The notes beneath the pieces are model-generated. The model was not told where the DNA came from. It ran no database searches and saw nothing but the letters and a program-made list of their open reading frames with translations. The position numbers and the translations under genes were made by a program. This document shows positions 27,535-35,888 of a stretch of 64,000 bases of DNA, piece by piece. Origin of the DNA: Bacteroidales bacterium (GTDB taxonomy: Bacteria > Bacteroidota > Bacteroidia > Bacteroidales > VadinHA17); the NCBI GenBank assembly GCA_016936435.1, contig JAFGXX010000075.1, positions 6,469-70,468 of the forward strand, read 5' to 3'. Within the stretch, counting starts at the first letter, position 1; every line of letters starts with the position of its first letter.

Positions 27535-28257
27535 TCAAAAGATATGAGATCTCTGTGTCGTCACTCTTTCAGGTTTCCCTATCTTCTTTTCATACATCGA
27601 TACAATGATCTCAGCTGTCTGAGAAATGCTGAAGGGCCTCCGGTTTATTGTTGCATCAAAAAGATAGTCGATATTTATTGATTTCTTTTCGAGAAAGGTA
27701 GTTATCAGATTGTGCCTTTTTTCGTCAGTGTCAACAACATATTCCTCGGCTTTCTCGATATCCATCTCCTTCTTTTTCATTACATTCTCCACCCTCCAGT
27801 AAAATGGAGCTATCAGTCTTATATGCAACGCATTGATAATATCACGCGCTATTGAGACTCCTCCCCTTCCGACCAGCACCACATGACCGTCCTTGCAGAT
27901 TGATAGTACCACATCCCTGATAGCCTTTTTAACTCTGAGGTCGCTGACAAATCCACCTGAAAATGCCATGATCATCTCCGACATATTTGAAAGCTCAATT
28001 CCTTTATAGAAATTTTCAACCCTTTCAGTTTCGGTATTCAGTTCTTTGGCAATGTCGTAAATAATGTCTTTGTCAACCCATTTCCACTTACTTGAGCCTG
28101 TCCTGGCATTAAGATTCTCCACCACACTTTCGGCAACCTGACGGGCATCGCAACCTGTCAGTCTTGAAATGGTAATAACGGGCCCTTCTTCAGCACCTGT
28201 TTTCTGAAGACTTATTTCCCTGTTACGGTGATCAAAGTAGTCAAAGAATTTTTCCAT
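27535..28257 (-). CDS. Cytidylate-kinase-like family protein
   Basis: 240 aa. The degenerate P-loop region ITISRLTGCDARQVAE and the overall layout resemble the cytidylate-kinase-like family. Confidence 0.5.
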   Translation of the reverse strand: MEKFFDYFDHRNREISLQKTGAEEGPVITISRLTGCDARQVAESVVENLNARTGSSKWKWVDKDIIYDIAKELNTETERVENFYKGIELSNMSEMIMAFSGGFVSDLRVKKAIRDVVLSICKDGHVVLVGRGGVSIARDIINALHIRLIAPFYWRVENVMKKKEMDIEKAEEYVVDTDEKRHNLITTFLEKKSINIDYLFDATINRRPFSISQTAEIIVSMYEKKIGKPERVTTQRSHIF

Positions 28258-28501
28258 AGCATATTATTTTACCGTCCAACTGATTAATAGTCACGATGCA
28301 AATGACACTTTACACCCTGAATCTAAACCACTTATCCCGCACTGTCGACGGATGGGATCACTGTATATCCCAGGCCTGTTTGAAGCAAAAATCAACGATA
28401 ATAAGTTACGAAAAAAAAATAAAATATGCAAGAGAGAGAGTTTTCCCGATTTGACTATCTTTACTGTTTAACTACTTTCGCTTTACATTAAATTCAATAC
28501 T

Positions 28502-28954
28502 ATGGGTGAATCAATCTTTTCAAAGCCGGAGATGATCTGGTTTATCATCGGCCTTGTGCTGTTTATCCTGGAACTTGTACTTCCGGGTTTCGTTATATTC
28601 TTCTTTGCCGTGGGTGCATGGATCACGGCTCTCGTTTGCCTCATCGCCGATCCGGGGATAAATCTGCAGGTCATCATTTTTGCCGTGACTTCTGTTCTTG
28701 CCCTTGTTGCCCTGAGGAAGATCATTAAGAATAAGCTCTATTTCAGCAAGGACAACCGCTCGGAAGAAGTTGAAGATGAATTTACAGGCAGAGAAGCACT
28801 GGCTCTCACTGATTTCAACTCCGACGGTAAAGGCAAGGTGGAATTCAAGGGAACCTCATGGAGCGCAGAATCCGGTGCGGAAATAAAAGCCGGACAGAAC
28901 GTGATCATTTCGGCAAAGAACAACGTCAAATTAATTGTTGAACCAAAAAAATAA
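28502..28954 (+). CDS. NfeD-family membrane protein
   Basis: 150 aa. Two or three N-terminal TM helices and a C-terminal OB-like segment (GKVEFKGTSWSAES...GQNVIISA). It lies directly upstream of an SPFH gene. Confidence 0.8.
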   Translation: MGESIFSKPEMIWFIIGLVLFILELVLPGFVIFFFAVGAWITALVCLIADPGINLQVIIFAVTSVLALVALRKIIKNKLYFSKDNRSEEVEDEFTGREALALTDFNSDGKGKVEFKGTSWSAESGAEIKAGQNVIISAKNNVKLIVEPKK

Positions 28955-28961
28955 TCTTAAG

Positions 28962-29894
28962 ATGGACACAAGCATTACTTTTATTCTGATCGGTGTAATC
29001 ATTCTTGCTTTTATCATTGTTACATCGATGGTAAAGGTTGTTCCCCAGCGGACAGCCATAATTGTGGAAAGGCTGGGAAAATACAGGGCAACATTTACTG
29101 CAGGCTTTCAGATACTTATACCCTTTATCGACAAGGTCAGATACAGACACACCCTGAAGGAACAGGCTATCGACGTAGCTCCGCAGGTATGTATTACCCG
29201 CGACAATATTGCAGTTGAAGTCGACGGTATCCTCTATCTCCAGGTTCTCGATCCACAGAAAGCATCATACGGTATCGACAACTACAGGTTTGCATCAATA
29301 CAGATAGCCCAGACCACAATGAGGAGCGTTATCGGAAAGCTTGAACTTGATAAAACTTTTGAGGAACGTGAATCAATAAATGCCACAATTGTTGAAGCAG
29401 TAGATAAGGCCAGTGACCCCTGGGGTATCAAGGTAACCCGTTATGAGGTGAAAAATATCACTCCTCCACAGAGTATCAGGGATGCAATGGAGAAACAGAT
29501 GAGGGCTGAAAGGGAAAAAAGAGCCGTTATAGCTGAATCGGAAGGGCAGAAACAGGCTAAGATAAATGTAGCCGAGGGCGATAAGCAGGAATATATCCTG
29601 AGATCGGAAGGTGAAAAACAGAGGCGTATTAATGAAGCCGCCGGACGTTCTTCGGAAATTGAACAGGTAGCAACAGCTACAGCTAACGGACTTCGGGCTA
29701 TATCCCTGGCCATCTCTGAAGAAAACGGCCTGAACGCGGTAAACCTTAGAATCGCAGAACAGTACCTTAACGCGTTCGGACTTCTCGCCAAGGCTAACAA
29801 CACAATGATACTGCCCTCTAATCTTACCGACGTGGCAGGAATAGTAGCAACAGCAACTTCAGTGTTTAACGAAACGAGAGATAAAAAGAAATAA
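28962..29894 (+). CDS. SPFH/band-7 (stomatin/paraslipin-like) protein
   Basis: I prefer the ATG at 28962 to the TTG at 28935. One TM helix, then VKVVPQRTAIIVERLGKY...RDN..V.VDG and a Glu/Arg-rich coiled coil. Confidence 0.85.
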   Translation: MDTSITFILIGVIILAFIIVTSMVKVVPQRTAIIVERLGKYRATFTAGFQILIPFIDKVRYRHTLKEQAIDVAPQVCITRDNIAVEVDGILYLQVLDPQKASYGIDNYRFASIQIAQTTMRSVIGKLELDKTFEERESINATIVEAVDKASDPWGIKVTRYEVKNITPPQSIRDAMEKQMRAEREKRAVIAESEGQKQAKINVAEGDKQEYILRSEGEKQRRINEAAGRSSEIEQVATATANGLRAISLAISEENGLNAVNLRIAEQYLNAFGLLAKANNTMILPSNLTDVAGIVATATSVFNETRDKKK

Positions 29895-29924
29895 GGTTAC
29901 CTATAAGGAATTATACTAATCTGT

Positions 29925-29959
29925 CCCCCGCTCTTCCATCCAAAGCGGGGGATTTTTTT
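29925..29959 (+). terminator. Rho-independent terminator after the NfeD/SPFH operon
   Basis: CCCCCGC-(13 nt)-GCGGGGG followed by ATTTTTTT. It lies between convergent genes, so it may also act on the minus-strand GRE transcript. On that strand an A-run precedes the stem. Confidence 0.8.
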
Positions 29960-30002
29960 CTCACTCACTACTCACAACTCACAACTCACAACTCACAACT
30001 CC
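29960..30002. repeat. Tandem heptamer tract (CTCACAA x4 perfect plus degenerate CTCACT units), G-free on the plus strand
   Basis: The sequence reads ctcactcacta-CTCACAA-CTCACAA-CTCACAA-CTCACAA-ctcc. It abuts the GRE stop codon (30003-30005). Confidence 0.85.
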
Positions 30003-32366
30003 CTACTCATGCTCCGTCCTCATAATGATCTCATTCTGCAGATCCTCGCCCAGGTCGTTGAAATAATCGCTGTATCCTGCAACCCTCACAATAAGATCCC
30101 TGTATTGCTCGGGATGTTTCTGTGCATCTCTCAGGGTGTCGGCACTTACAACGTTGAACTGAACATGGTGGCCTTCGAGGGCAAAGTAGCTCCTGATAAG
30201 AGCCGTAAGGCAACTATAGCTCTCCTCGTCACTAAAGAAAGATGGCGCGAATTTCTGGTTCAACAGTGTGCCTCCTGTCTTAAGGTGGTCGATTTTTGCT
30301 GCCGATCGTATTACTGCGGTAGGCCCCTGACTATCAGCGCCCTGGCTTGGTGATATTCCTTCAGACAAAGGTTTGAAGGCATTCCTCCCGTCTGCCGTGG
30401 CACCGGTAACACTTCCGAAATATACATGCGATGTCGTCGGCAGCATATTTATCCGGTGGACACCTCCCCTGGAATCGGGCCGGCCGTTGACGGCATCATA
30501 GTAGATCTCAAAAACAGCAACCGCATGCTGATCGGCATAATCATCGTCGTTGCCATATTTTGGGGTATCATATATCAGGTCATGCTGTATTTGTTCGTAA
30601 CCTTTGAAGTCGGCATCAACAGCTTCCAGCAGCATTTTCCATGTATATCTTTTAGTGTCATAGATATTATAACGCAGCGATGTGAGAATGTCAGTAATGC
30701 TTCCCAGTCCGACACCCTGAATATATGTTGTGTTATAACGGGCACCTCCGTTATTGTAATCCCTGCCGTTTGCAATACAATCCTCTACCAGAAGAGAAAG
30801 GAAGGGAGCCGGAAGAAAGTGAGCAAAAGTTTTCATGATCACGTTATTACCCCTTATCTTAATGTCGATAAAGTAGGTGACCTGGGCTCGGAATGCCTGC
30901 ATAAGGTCTTCAAAGGTTGGGTAATCGGCTGCATATCCCGTCTTTAGCCCCACCTGTTTGCCTGTACGGGAATCGAATCCGTTATTAAGAGTGAGTTCCA
31001 GTACCTTTGTCAGATTGAAATAGCCTGTAAGCCAGTATGCTTCAGTGCCGAAGGCGCCTGTCTCCACACATCCCGATGCACCACCGTTACGTGCATCTAC
31101 AATATCCTTACCCTGACGAAGCAGTTCCTGGACGATTGCTTCCGTGTTAAAGCACGAAGGTTGTCCGAATCCTGTACTAATAATTCCGAGAGCTTTATGA
31201 ACGAAGAGATCCGGATTCTTTCGGCTGATCTGAACCATTGAACTGGGCTGCAGTATCCTCATCTCCTTAATTACGTCAAGTAATATATATGTCATTTCGT
31301 TGACAGCATCTGTTCCGTCGGGCTTAACGCCACCCAGATTGATCAGACAGAAATCGGTGTATGTTCCGCTTTCGGATGCTGTAACACCCATTTTGGGAGG
31401 AGCCGGATGATTGTTGAACTTAACCCAGAAGCAACCCAGAAGATCATGCATGCTTTCGTCGGAAAGAGTTCCCAGTTCTTTTTCCCTGCGGTATACTCTC
31501 AGTAAATGCTGATCCAGGCGGCCGGGGTTGAATGAATCCCATGGATTCAACTCGGTGATCACTCCCATATGAATAAACCAGTAATGCTGCAGCATCTCAT
31601 GAAATGTTTCAGGAGCATGAGCCGGCACTCTCCGGCAGATATCCGACATCATAACAAGCTCCTGCCTGCGTTCCTCATCCTTCTCAATTGAGGCCAGTCG
31701 CATCAGCTCTTCCGAATAACGACGGGCATACATGATTATGGCATCGCATGAAATATCCATGGCAAGAAGCTCCTGCTGCTTTTCAAATGCCTCCGTATCA
31801 TTGAACCAGTCGAGATCCTTCAGTGCTGCAGCTATCTCCTCCTTTACCTGGACAAATCCGGTATTGAACATCTTATATCCAAGCACCGTATGTCCCGGCG
31901 CCCTCTGCTCCTGGAACTCGGTAAAGATTCCTGCTCCGTATGCACTGAGCCATTCAGGTGTCATAAGCTTCATTATCCTGTCGCGGTTGCTCTTTCCTTT
32001 CCAGAAAGGGATGATCTCTTTTTCGTAGATATCCCTGACCTCCGGGTCTACCCTGAAAGATACCTTTTCCCTTGAATCGAGAATATCCAGGTCCTCAACA
32101 GAATGCAGACTGATTTCAGGGTATGTTGGCGTTTTCTTAGGTGCCGGACCTCTCTCTCCGACTATAAGTTCTCCTTCACCCACAAATAGTCTTTTATTCC
32201 TGAGGATATATTCAAATGCCCTGGCCCTCAGAACAGGAGCCGACAGGCCTTCTGCCTCAGCGCTTTTATAAAATTGTGTTACAAGCAGGGCTCTCTCCGG
32301 GGAGAGCTTTTCAACTGCATTCAGACTCTGTTCACGCAGTTTCCTGACTCTGGATGATAATATCAT
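30003..32366 (-). CDS. Glycyl radical enzyme, dehydratase/eliminase class (HypD- / glycerol-dehydratase-like size and motifs)
   Basis: 787 aa. C-terminal glycyl-radical motif RVAGYSDYF (Gly at about residue 764). The catalytic loop GGASGCVETG has one Cys plus Glu, not the CC of pyruvate formate-lyase. The PFL-fold N-terminal pattern is present. Confidence 0.85.
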   Translation of the reverse strand: MILSSRVRKLREQSLNAVEKLSPERALLVTQFYKSAEAEGLSAPVLRARAFEYILRNKRLFVGEGELIVGERGPAPKKTPTYPEISLHSVEDLDILDSREKVSFRVDPEVRDIYEKEIIPFWKGKSNRDRIMKLMTPEWLSAYGAGIFTEFQEQRAPGHTVLGYKMFNTGFVQVKEEIAAALKDLDWFNDTEAFEKQQELLAMDISCDAIIMYARRYSEELMRLASIEKDEERRQELVMMSDICRRVPAHAPETFHEMLQHYWFIHMGVITELNPWDSFNPGRLDQHLLRVYRREKELGTLSDESMHDLLGCFWVKFNNHPAPPKMGVTASESGTYTDFCLINLGGVKPDGTDAVNEMTYILLDVIKEMRILQPSSMVQISRKNPDLFVHKALGIISTGFGQPSCFNTEAIVQELLRQGKDIVDARNGGASGCVETGAFGTEAYWLTGYFNLTKVLELTLNNGFDSRTGKQVGLKTGYAADYPTFEDLMQAFRAQVTYFIDIKIRGNNVIMKTFAHFLPAPFLSLLVEDCIANGRDYNNGGARYNTTYIQGVGLGSITDILTSLRYNIYDTKRYTWKMLLEAVDADFKGYEQIQHDLIYDTPKYGNDDDYADQHAVAVFEIYYDAVNGRPDSRGGVHRINMLPTTSHVYFGSVTGATADGRNAFKPLSEGISPSQGADSQGPTAVIRSAAKIDHLKTGGTLLNQKFAPSFFSDEESYSCLTALIRSYFALEGHHVQFNVVSADTLRDAQKHPEQYRDLIVRVAGYSDYFNDLGEDLQNEIIMRTEHE

Positions 32367-32423
32367 GGTAAATACTTTTTAACTGTTCGTTAATATTAGT
32401 CCTTTCGACGCTCTTTTACATTC

Positions 32424-33224
32424 TCATCCTCCTGTCTTAACCTGGATCCCGGTCTCTGCAAAAAAATCCATCAGTTCCTTCATCCTTGCCGGTGAAGGTG
32501 GTTCTATACCATTCATCCGGTACTGTATGCCGAATTTGCTATATTTCGAAGACCCTGTTTTATGATAAGGCAGAAGGTTCAGCTTCCTGATCTTCTCCGG
32601 ACCATATTCCGAGAGAAAAGACCTCATTTTTTCAAGATGTTCAATGTCATCATTTAATCCGGGTATCACGGGAAACCTGATCATAACATCTTTCCCTGAA
32701 TCAAAAATTATCTTCAGATTATTGATTATTAATTCATTAGACACTCCGGTATAAAGGAGGTGTTTCCCGGCATCGAGGTGTTTCAGGTCGTAAAGGAACA
32801 GATCGGTATGGGGAATAATTGACAGAAGGTCTTTTGTATCGACATAACCCGATGTGTCGACAGCTGTATGATATCCTTTCCCCCTGCACTTCCGGAGGCT
32901 TTCAAGCAGAAAGGCAGGCTGAAACAAAGGCTCGCCTCCCGAGAATGTGACTCCCCCTGCTGATTCTTCGATGAATATCCTTTCCCTTTCAAGAATTTCT
33001 AAGATCTGCCCGGAAGAATAATACTTACCAGCCTGTTCCTTAACCTCAAATTCCCTGTCACCGACCCTGTCAATCCTTGTCGCTGACTCAGGTTCTTGAA
33101 GTATCCCTTCAGGATTATGACACCACCAGCACGAGAGAGGACATCCCTTCATGAACACCGTAACCCTTATACCGGGACCGTCGTGTACGGTGTAGCGTTT
33201 TATGCTGAAAATCAGGCCTTGCAT
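32424..33224 (-). CDS. Glycyl-radical-enzyme activating protein (radical SAM), short form without ferredoxin-like insert
   Basis: 266 aa. GPGIRVTVFMKGCPLSCWWCHNPE provides the CX3CX2C motif, and GGEP is present. There are only 4 Cys in the whole protein. It lies 57 nt upstream of the GRE gene on the same strand. Confidence 0.85.
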   Translation of the reverse strand: MQGLIFSIKRYTVHDGPGIRVTVFMKGCPLSCWWCHNPEGILQEPESATRIDRVGDREFEVKEQAGKYYSSGQILEILERERIFIEESAGGVTFSGGEPLFQPAFLLESLRKCRGKGYHTAVDTSGYVDTKDLLSIIPHTDLFLYDLKHLDAGKHLLYTGVSNELIINNLKIIFDSGKDVMIRFPVIPGLNDDIEHLEKMRSFLSEYGPEKIRKLNLLPYHKTGSSKYSKFGIQYRMNGIEPPSPARMKELMDFFAETGIQVKTGG

Positions 33225-33228
33225 TGGG

Positions 33229-33288
33229 AGGTTTAAGGGTTTATGGTTTGTGGTTTAAGGTTTAAGAGTTTAAAGTTTAAGGGTTAGG
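33229..33288. repeat. Degenerate tandem GTTTAAG/GGTTTAAG tract (about 8 units), C-free on the plus strand; it forms the 5' leader of the activase gene
   Basis: The sequence reads GGTTTAAG GGTTTAT GGTTTGT GGTTTAAG GTTTAAGA GTTTAAA GTTTAAGG GTTAGG. It starts 4 nt from the activase ATG (33224). Confidence 0.8.
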
Positions 33289-33498
33289 TGTAATATATCA
33301 GATCACCCAAATGACTGTCATTAAAATGTTCTTTGAAATGGAAGTATAACTGTTTACAGGGAATAGAACATAAGGCAGCAGTAGAGTCTGCGGCCCAGAC
33401 GTCTCATCATAAAGCCGAACTTTAATCTGAATGCATTCATAATAAGCTGCAAGTTATATACTTTTTTCTATATTTATGATCCTGTTTTCGGCAAATAA

Positions 33499-35886
33499 AT
33501 GCAACGAACATATTTACAGAAAAAATCCGAAGCGAACATTCTGACCGCTTTTTTCCTTCTTTTTATAACTTCTTCTCTTTTAAATGCACAACAGCTGGTG
33601 CGCCATACAATAAGCGGCTTCGTGAGGGAAGCAGGCAGCGGCGAACTTCTGACAGGTGTAAATGTTTATCTCTCTGATCACCGTACAGGCACTGTTACAA
33701 ACAATTACGGTTTTTTCTCCCTTACCCTTCCGGAAACGGATTCTCTTGTGGTTACTGCCTCGTATGTAGGCTTCAAACCGGAAACAAGAAAGATCGCCCT
33801 TCGCAGGGACACAGAACTGAACTTCGATCTGGAATCGAACGCGATGCTCGATGAAGTCAAAATAACAGCAGAAAAAACGGAGAAGCAGAGTGAATCGGCC
33901 AGGATGAGCACCATAAGTGTCCCGGTAGCACAGGTTAAGAATGTACCGTCGCTGCTCGGGGAAAAGGACGTTATGAAAGTGCTGCAGCTGATGCCGGGTG
34001 TACAGAAAGGTTCTGAGGGTAGCAGCGGGCTATATGTAAGAGGCGGCGGCCCGGATCAGAACCTGATCATCCTCGACGATGCCATCGTCTATAATGCCTC
34101 CCATCTTTTTGGTTTTTTCTCTCTCTTCAACGGGGATGCCCTTAAAAGCATCGAACTTACAAAGGGAGGTTTCCCTGCACGCTACGGAGGGCGTCTTTCA
34201 TCAGTTCTGGAGATGACCATGAAAGAGGGTAACAAGGAAAAATGGCATGGAGAAGGAGGCATAGGGCTTATCTCCTCAAGACTGACGCTTGAGGGTCCGC
34301 TGGTAAAAAATAAGTCCTCTATTCTGGTATCAGGACGGCGGACCTACGCCGATGTGATATTATCACCTATACTCAAAGCAACCGAAGAAACTGACGCAGG
34401 TTATTATTTCTACGACCTCAATGCAAAAGTGAACTACGATTTCGGAAGAAAGAACAAGCTGTACCTGAGCGGATATTTCGGGAAAGACAAATTTCACGCA
34501 AAATACAATGAAGAGTATAATGAAAAGGCAGGACTTAACTGGGGAAACGCCACAGCTACCTTACGGTGGAACCATCTGTTCAGTAGCAAGCTCTTCGCAA
34601 ACGCTTCAGCAGTATTCAGCGATTACAGGTTCGGGATCACTTATGAATTTAAGGACGAAGCTGCAGATGACGACTATTTTGCTGAATATTATTCCGGCAT
34701 CAGGGATCTTTCCCTGAAATTTGACCTGGATTACCTGCCATCACCTTCTCACTGGATAAAAGCCGGAGCTATAACCATCCAGCACAGATTCACACCATAT
34801 GTATTCATTGAGATAGATAAGCCTGTTAACATAAATAAAAAGGAGAAGGAACAATCAGACGGTCTTGAATCGGGCATTTATATCGAGGATACATGGAAGC
34901 CTGATGAAAATCTGAAAATCAACGGAGGTGTTCGCTTCAGTCATTTCCTTGCCAACAGGGAACAATATCACTATTTTGAACCCAGGATCTCAGCAGGATG
35001 GAAGCTCCCTTCCGATTTTGCCCTGAAAGCTTCCTATTCATCGATGAGTCAGTACATCCACATGATCTCCAATACCGGGATAAGCCTTCCGACCGACCTG
35101 TGGGTGCCCACCACCGACAGGGTTAAGCCCCAGCAATCGCGTCAGGTTGCAATAGGGGCAGTAAAGGACATAACCTCGCCCGGGATGTCATTCTCAATTG
35201 AAGGCTATTATAAGAAAATGGACAATGTAATAGGGTACAAGGAAGGAGCAACCTTCATACAGATAGAGGAGGCGGCAACAGGTGAAGGTATAAGCTGGGA
35301 AGATAATGTTACCTCGGGCCAGGGATGGTCATACGGACTTGAGTTCCTCATTCAGAAGAAAGAGGGCCGCTTTAATGGCTGGGCAGGGTATACGCTTTCA
35401 TGGACACAAATGCAGTTCGATTCCCTGAATTCCGGAAAGAAATTCTATGCCCGGTATGACAGGCGGCATGATATTTCACTCGTAGGGACATACAGAATAA
35501 ATAATCACATAACACTCTCCGGGACATGGGTATACGGTACGGGAAATGCCGTCACCCTGCCCGTGTCAGCATACCCGGCACCTGACTATGCACAAATTTA
35601 CATAAGTAAACAGCAAAGAAGTTATAATGTGAAGGAATACGGTGAAAGGAACAATTACCGGATGGCCCCCTACCACAGGCTCGACCTGGGAATTCAGTTC
35701 CACAAAGAAAAGAAATGGGGGGAACGTGTGTGGGAAATATCAGTCTATAATGTATATAACCGCAAGAATCCGTTTTTCTACAATATTGAATATTTTTCGT
35801 CGGGATATGGTCAGTCCTATACCAGGCTAAAACAGTTCAGTCTTTTTCCGATTATTCCATCATTTTCCTATTCTTTCAAATTCTGA
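33499..35886 (+). CDS. TonB-dependent receptor with N-terminal carboxypeptidase-regulatory-like domain
   Basis: 795 aa. Signal peptide, then CarbopepD_reg-like ISGFVREAGSGELLTGVNVYL, then a plug (LLGEKDVMKVLQLMPGVQ). The beta-barrel ends with a terminal aromatic residue (SYSFKF). Confidence 0.85.
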   Translation: MQRTYLQKKSEANILTAFFLLFITSSLLNAQQLVRHTISGFVREAGSGELLTGVNVYLSDHRTGTVTNNYGFFSLTLPETDSLVVTASYVGFKPETRKIALRRDTELNFDLESNAMLDEVKITAEKTEKQSESARMSTISVPVAQVKNVPSLLGEKDVMKVLQLMPGVQKGSEGSSGLYVRGGGPDQNLIILDDAIVYNASHLFGFFSLFNGDALKSIELTKGGFPARYGGRLSSVLEMTMKEGNKEKWHGEGGIGLISSRLTLEGPLVKNKSSILVSGRRTYADVILSPILKATEETDAGYYFYDLNAKVNYDFGRKNKLYLSGYFGKDKFHAKYNEEYNEKAGLNWGNATATLRWNHLFSSKLFANASAVFSDYRFGITYEFKDEAADDDYFAEYYSGIRDLSLKFDLDYLPSPSHWIKAGAITIQHRFTPYVFIEIDKPVNINKKEKEQSDGLESGIYIEDTWKPDENLKINGGVRFSHFLANREQYHYFEPRISAGWKLPSDFALKASYSSMSQYIHMISNTGISLPTDLWVPTTDRVKPQQSRQVAIGAVKDITSPGMSFSIEGYYKKMDNVIGYKEGATFIQIEEAATGEGISWEDNVTSGQGWSYGLEFLIQKKEGRFNGWAGYTLSWTQMQFDSLNSGKKFYARYDRRHDISLVGTYRINNHITLSGTWVYGTGNAVTLPVSAYPAPDYAQIYISKQQRSYNVKEYGERNNYRMAPYHRLDLGIQFHKEKKWGERVWEISVYNVYNRKNPFFYNIEYFSSGYGQSYTRLKQFSLFPIIPSFSYSFKF

Positions 35887-35888
35887 TT

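Noticed and set aside
29960-33288. Could the heptamer or hexamer repeat tracts be CRISPR arrays or mobile-element ends flanking the GRE operon?
   Set aside because: The units are 6-8 nt, contiguous, and have no spacers, so this is not CRISPR. The two tracts are neither identical nor inverted copies of each other. No integrase or transposase is present, and by eye the base composition of the operon matches its surroundings. Horizontal acquisition cannot be supported.
33289-33498. Possible riboswitch (for example cobalamin) upstream of the TonB-dependent receptor
   Set aside because: I found no conserved riboswitch core, such as a B12 box. Only a 5-bp GTCTG/CAGAC hairpin is present. The receptor is of the CarbopepD_reg type rather than BtuB-like.
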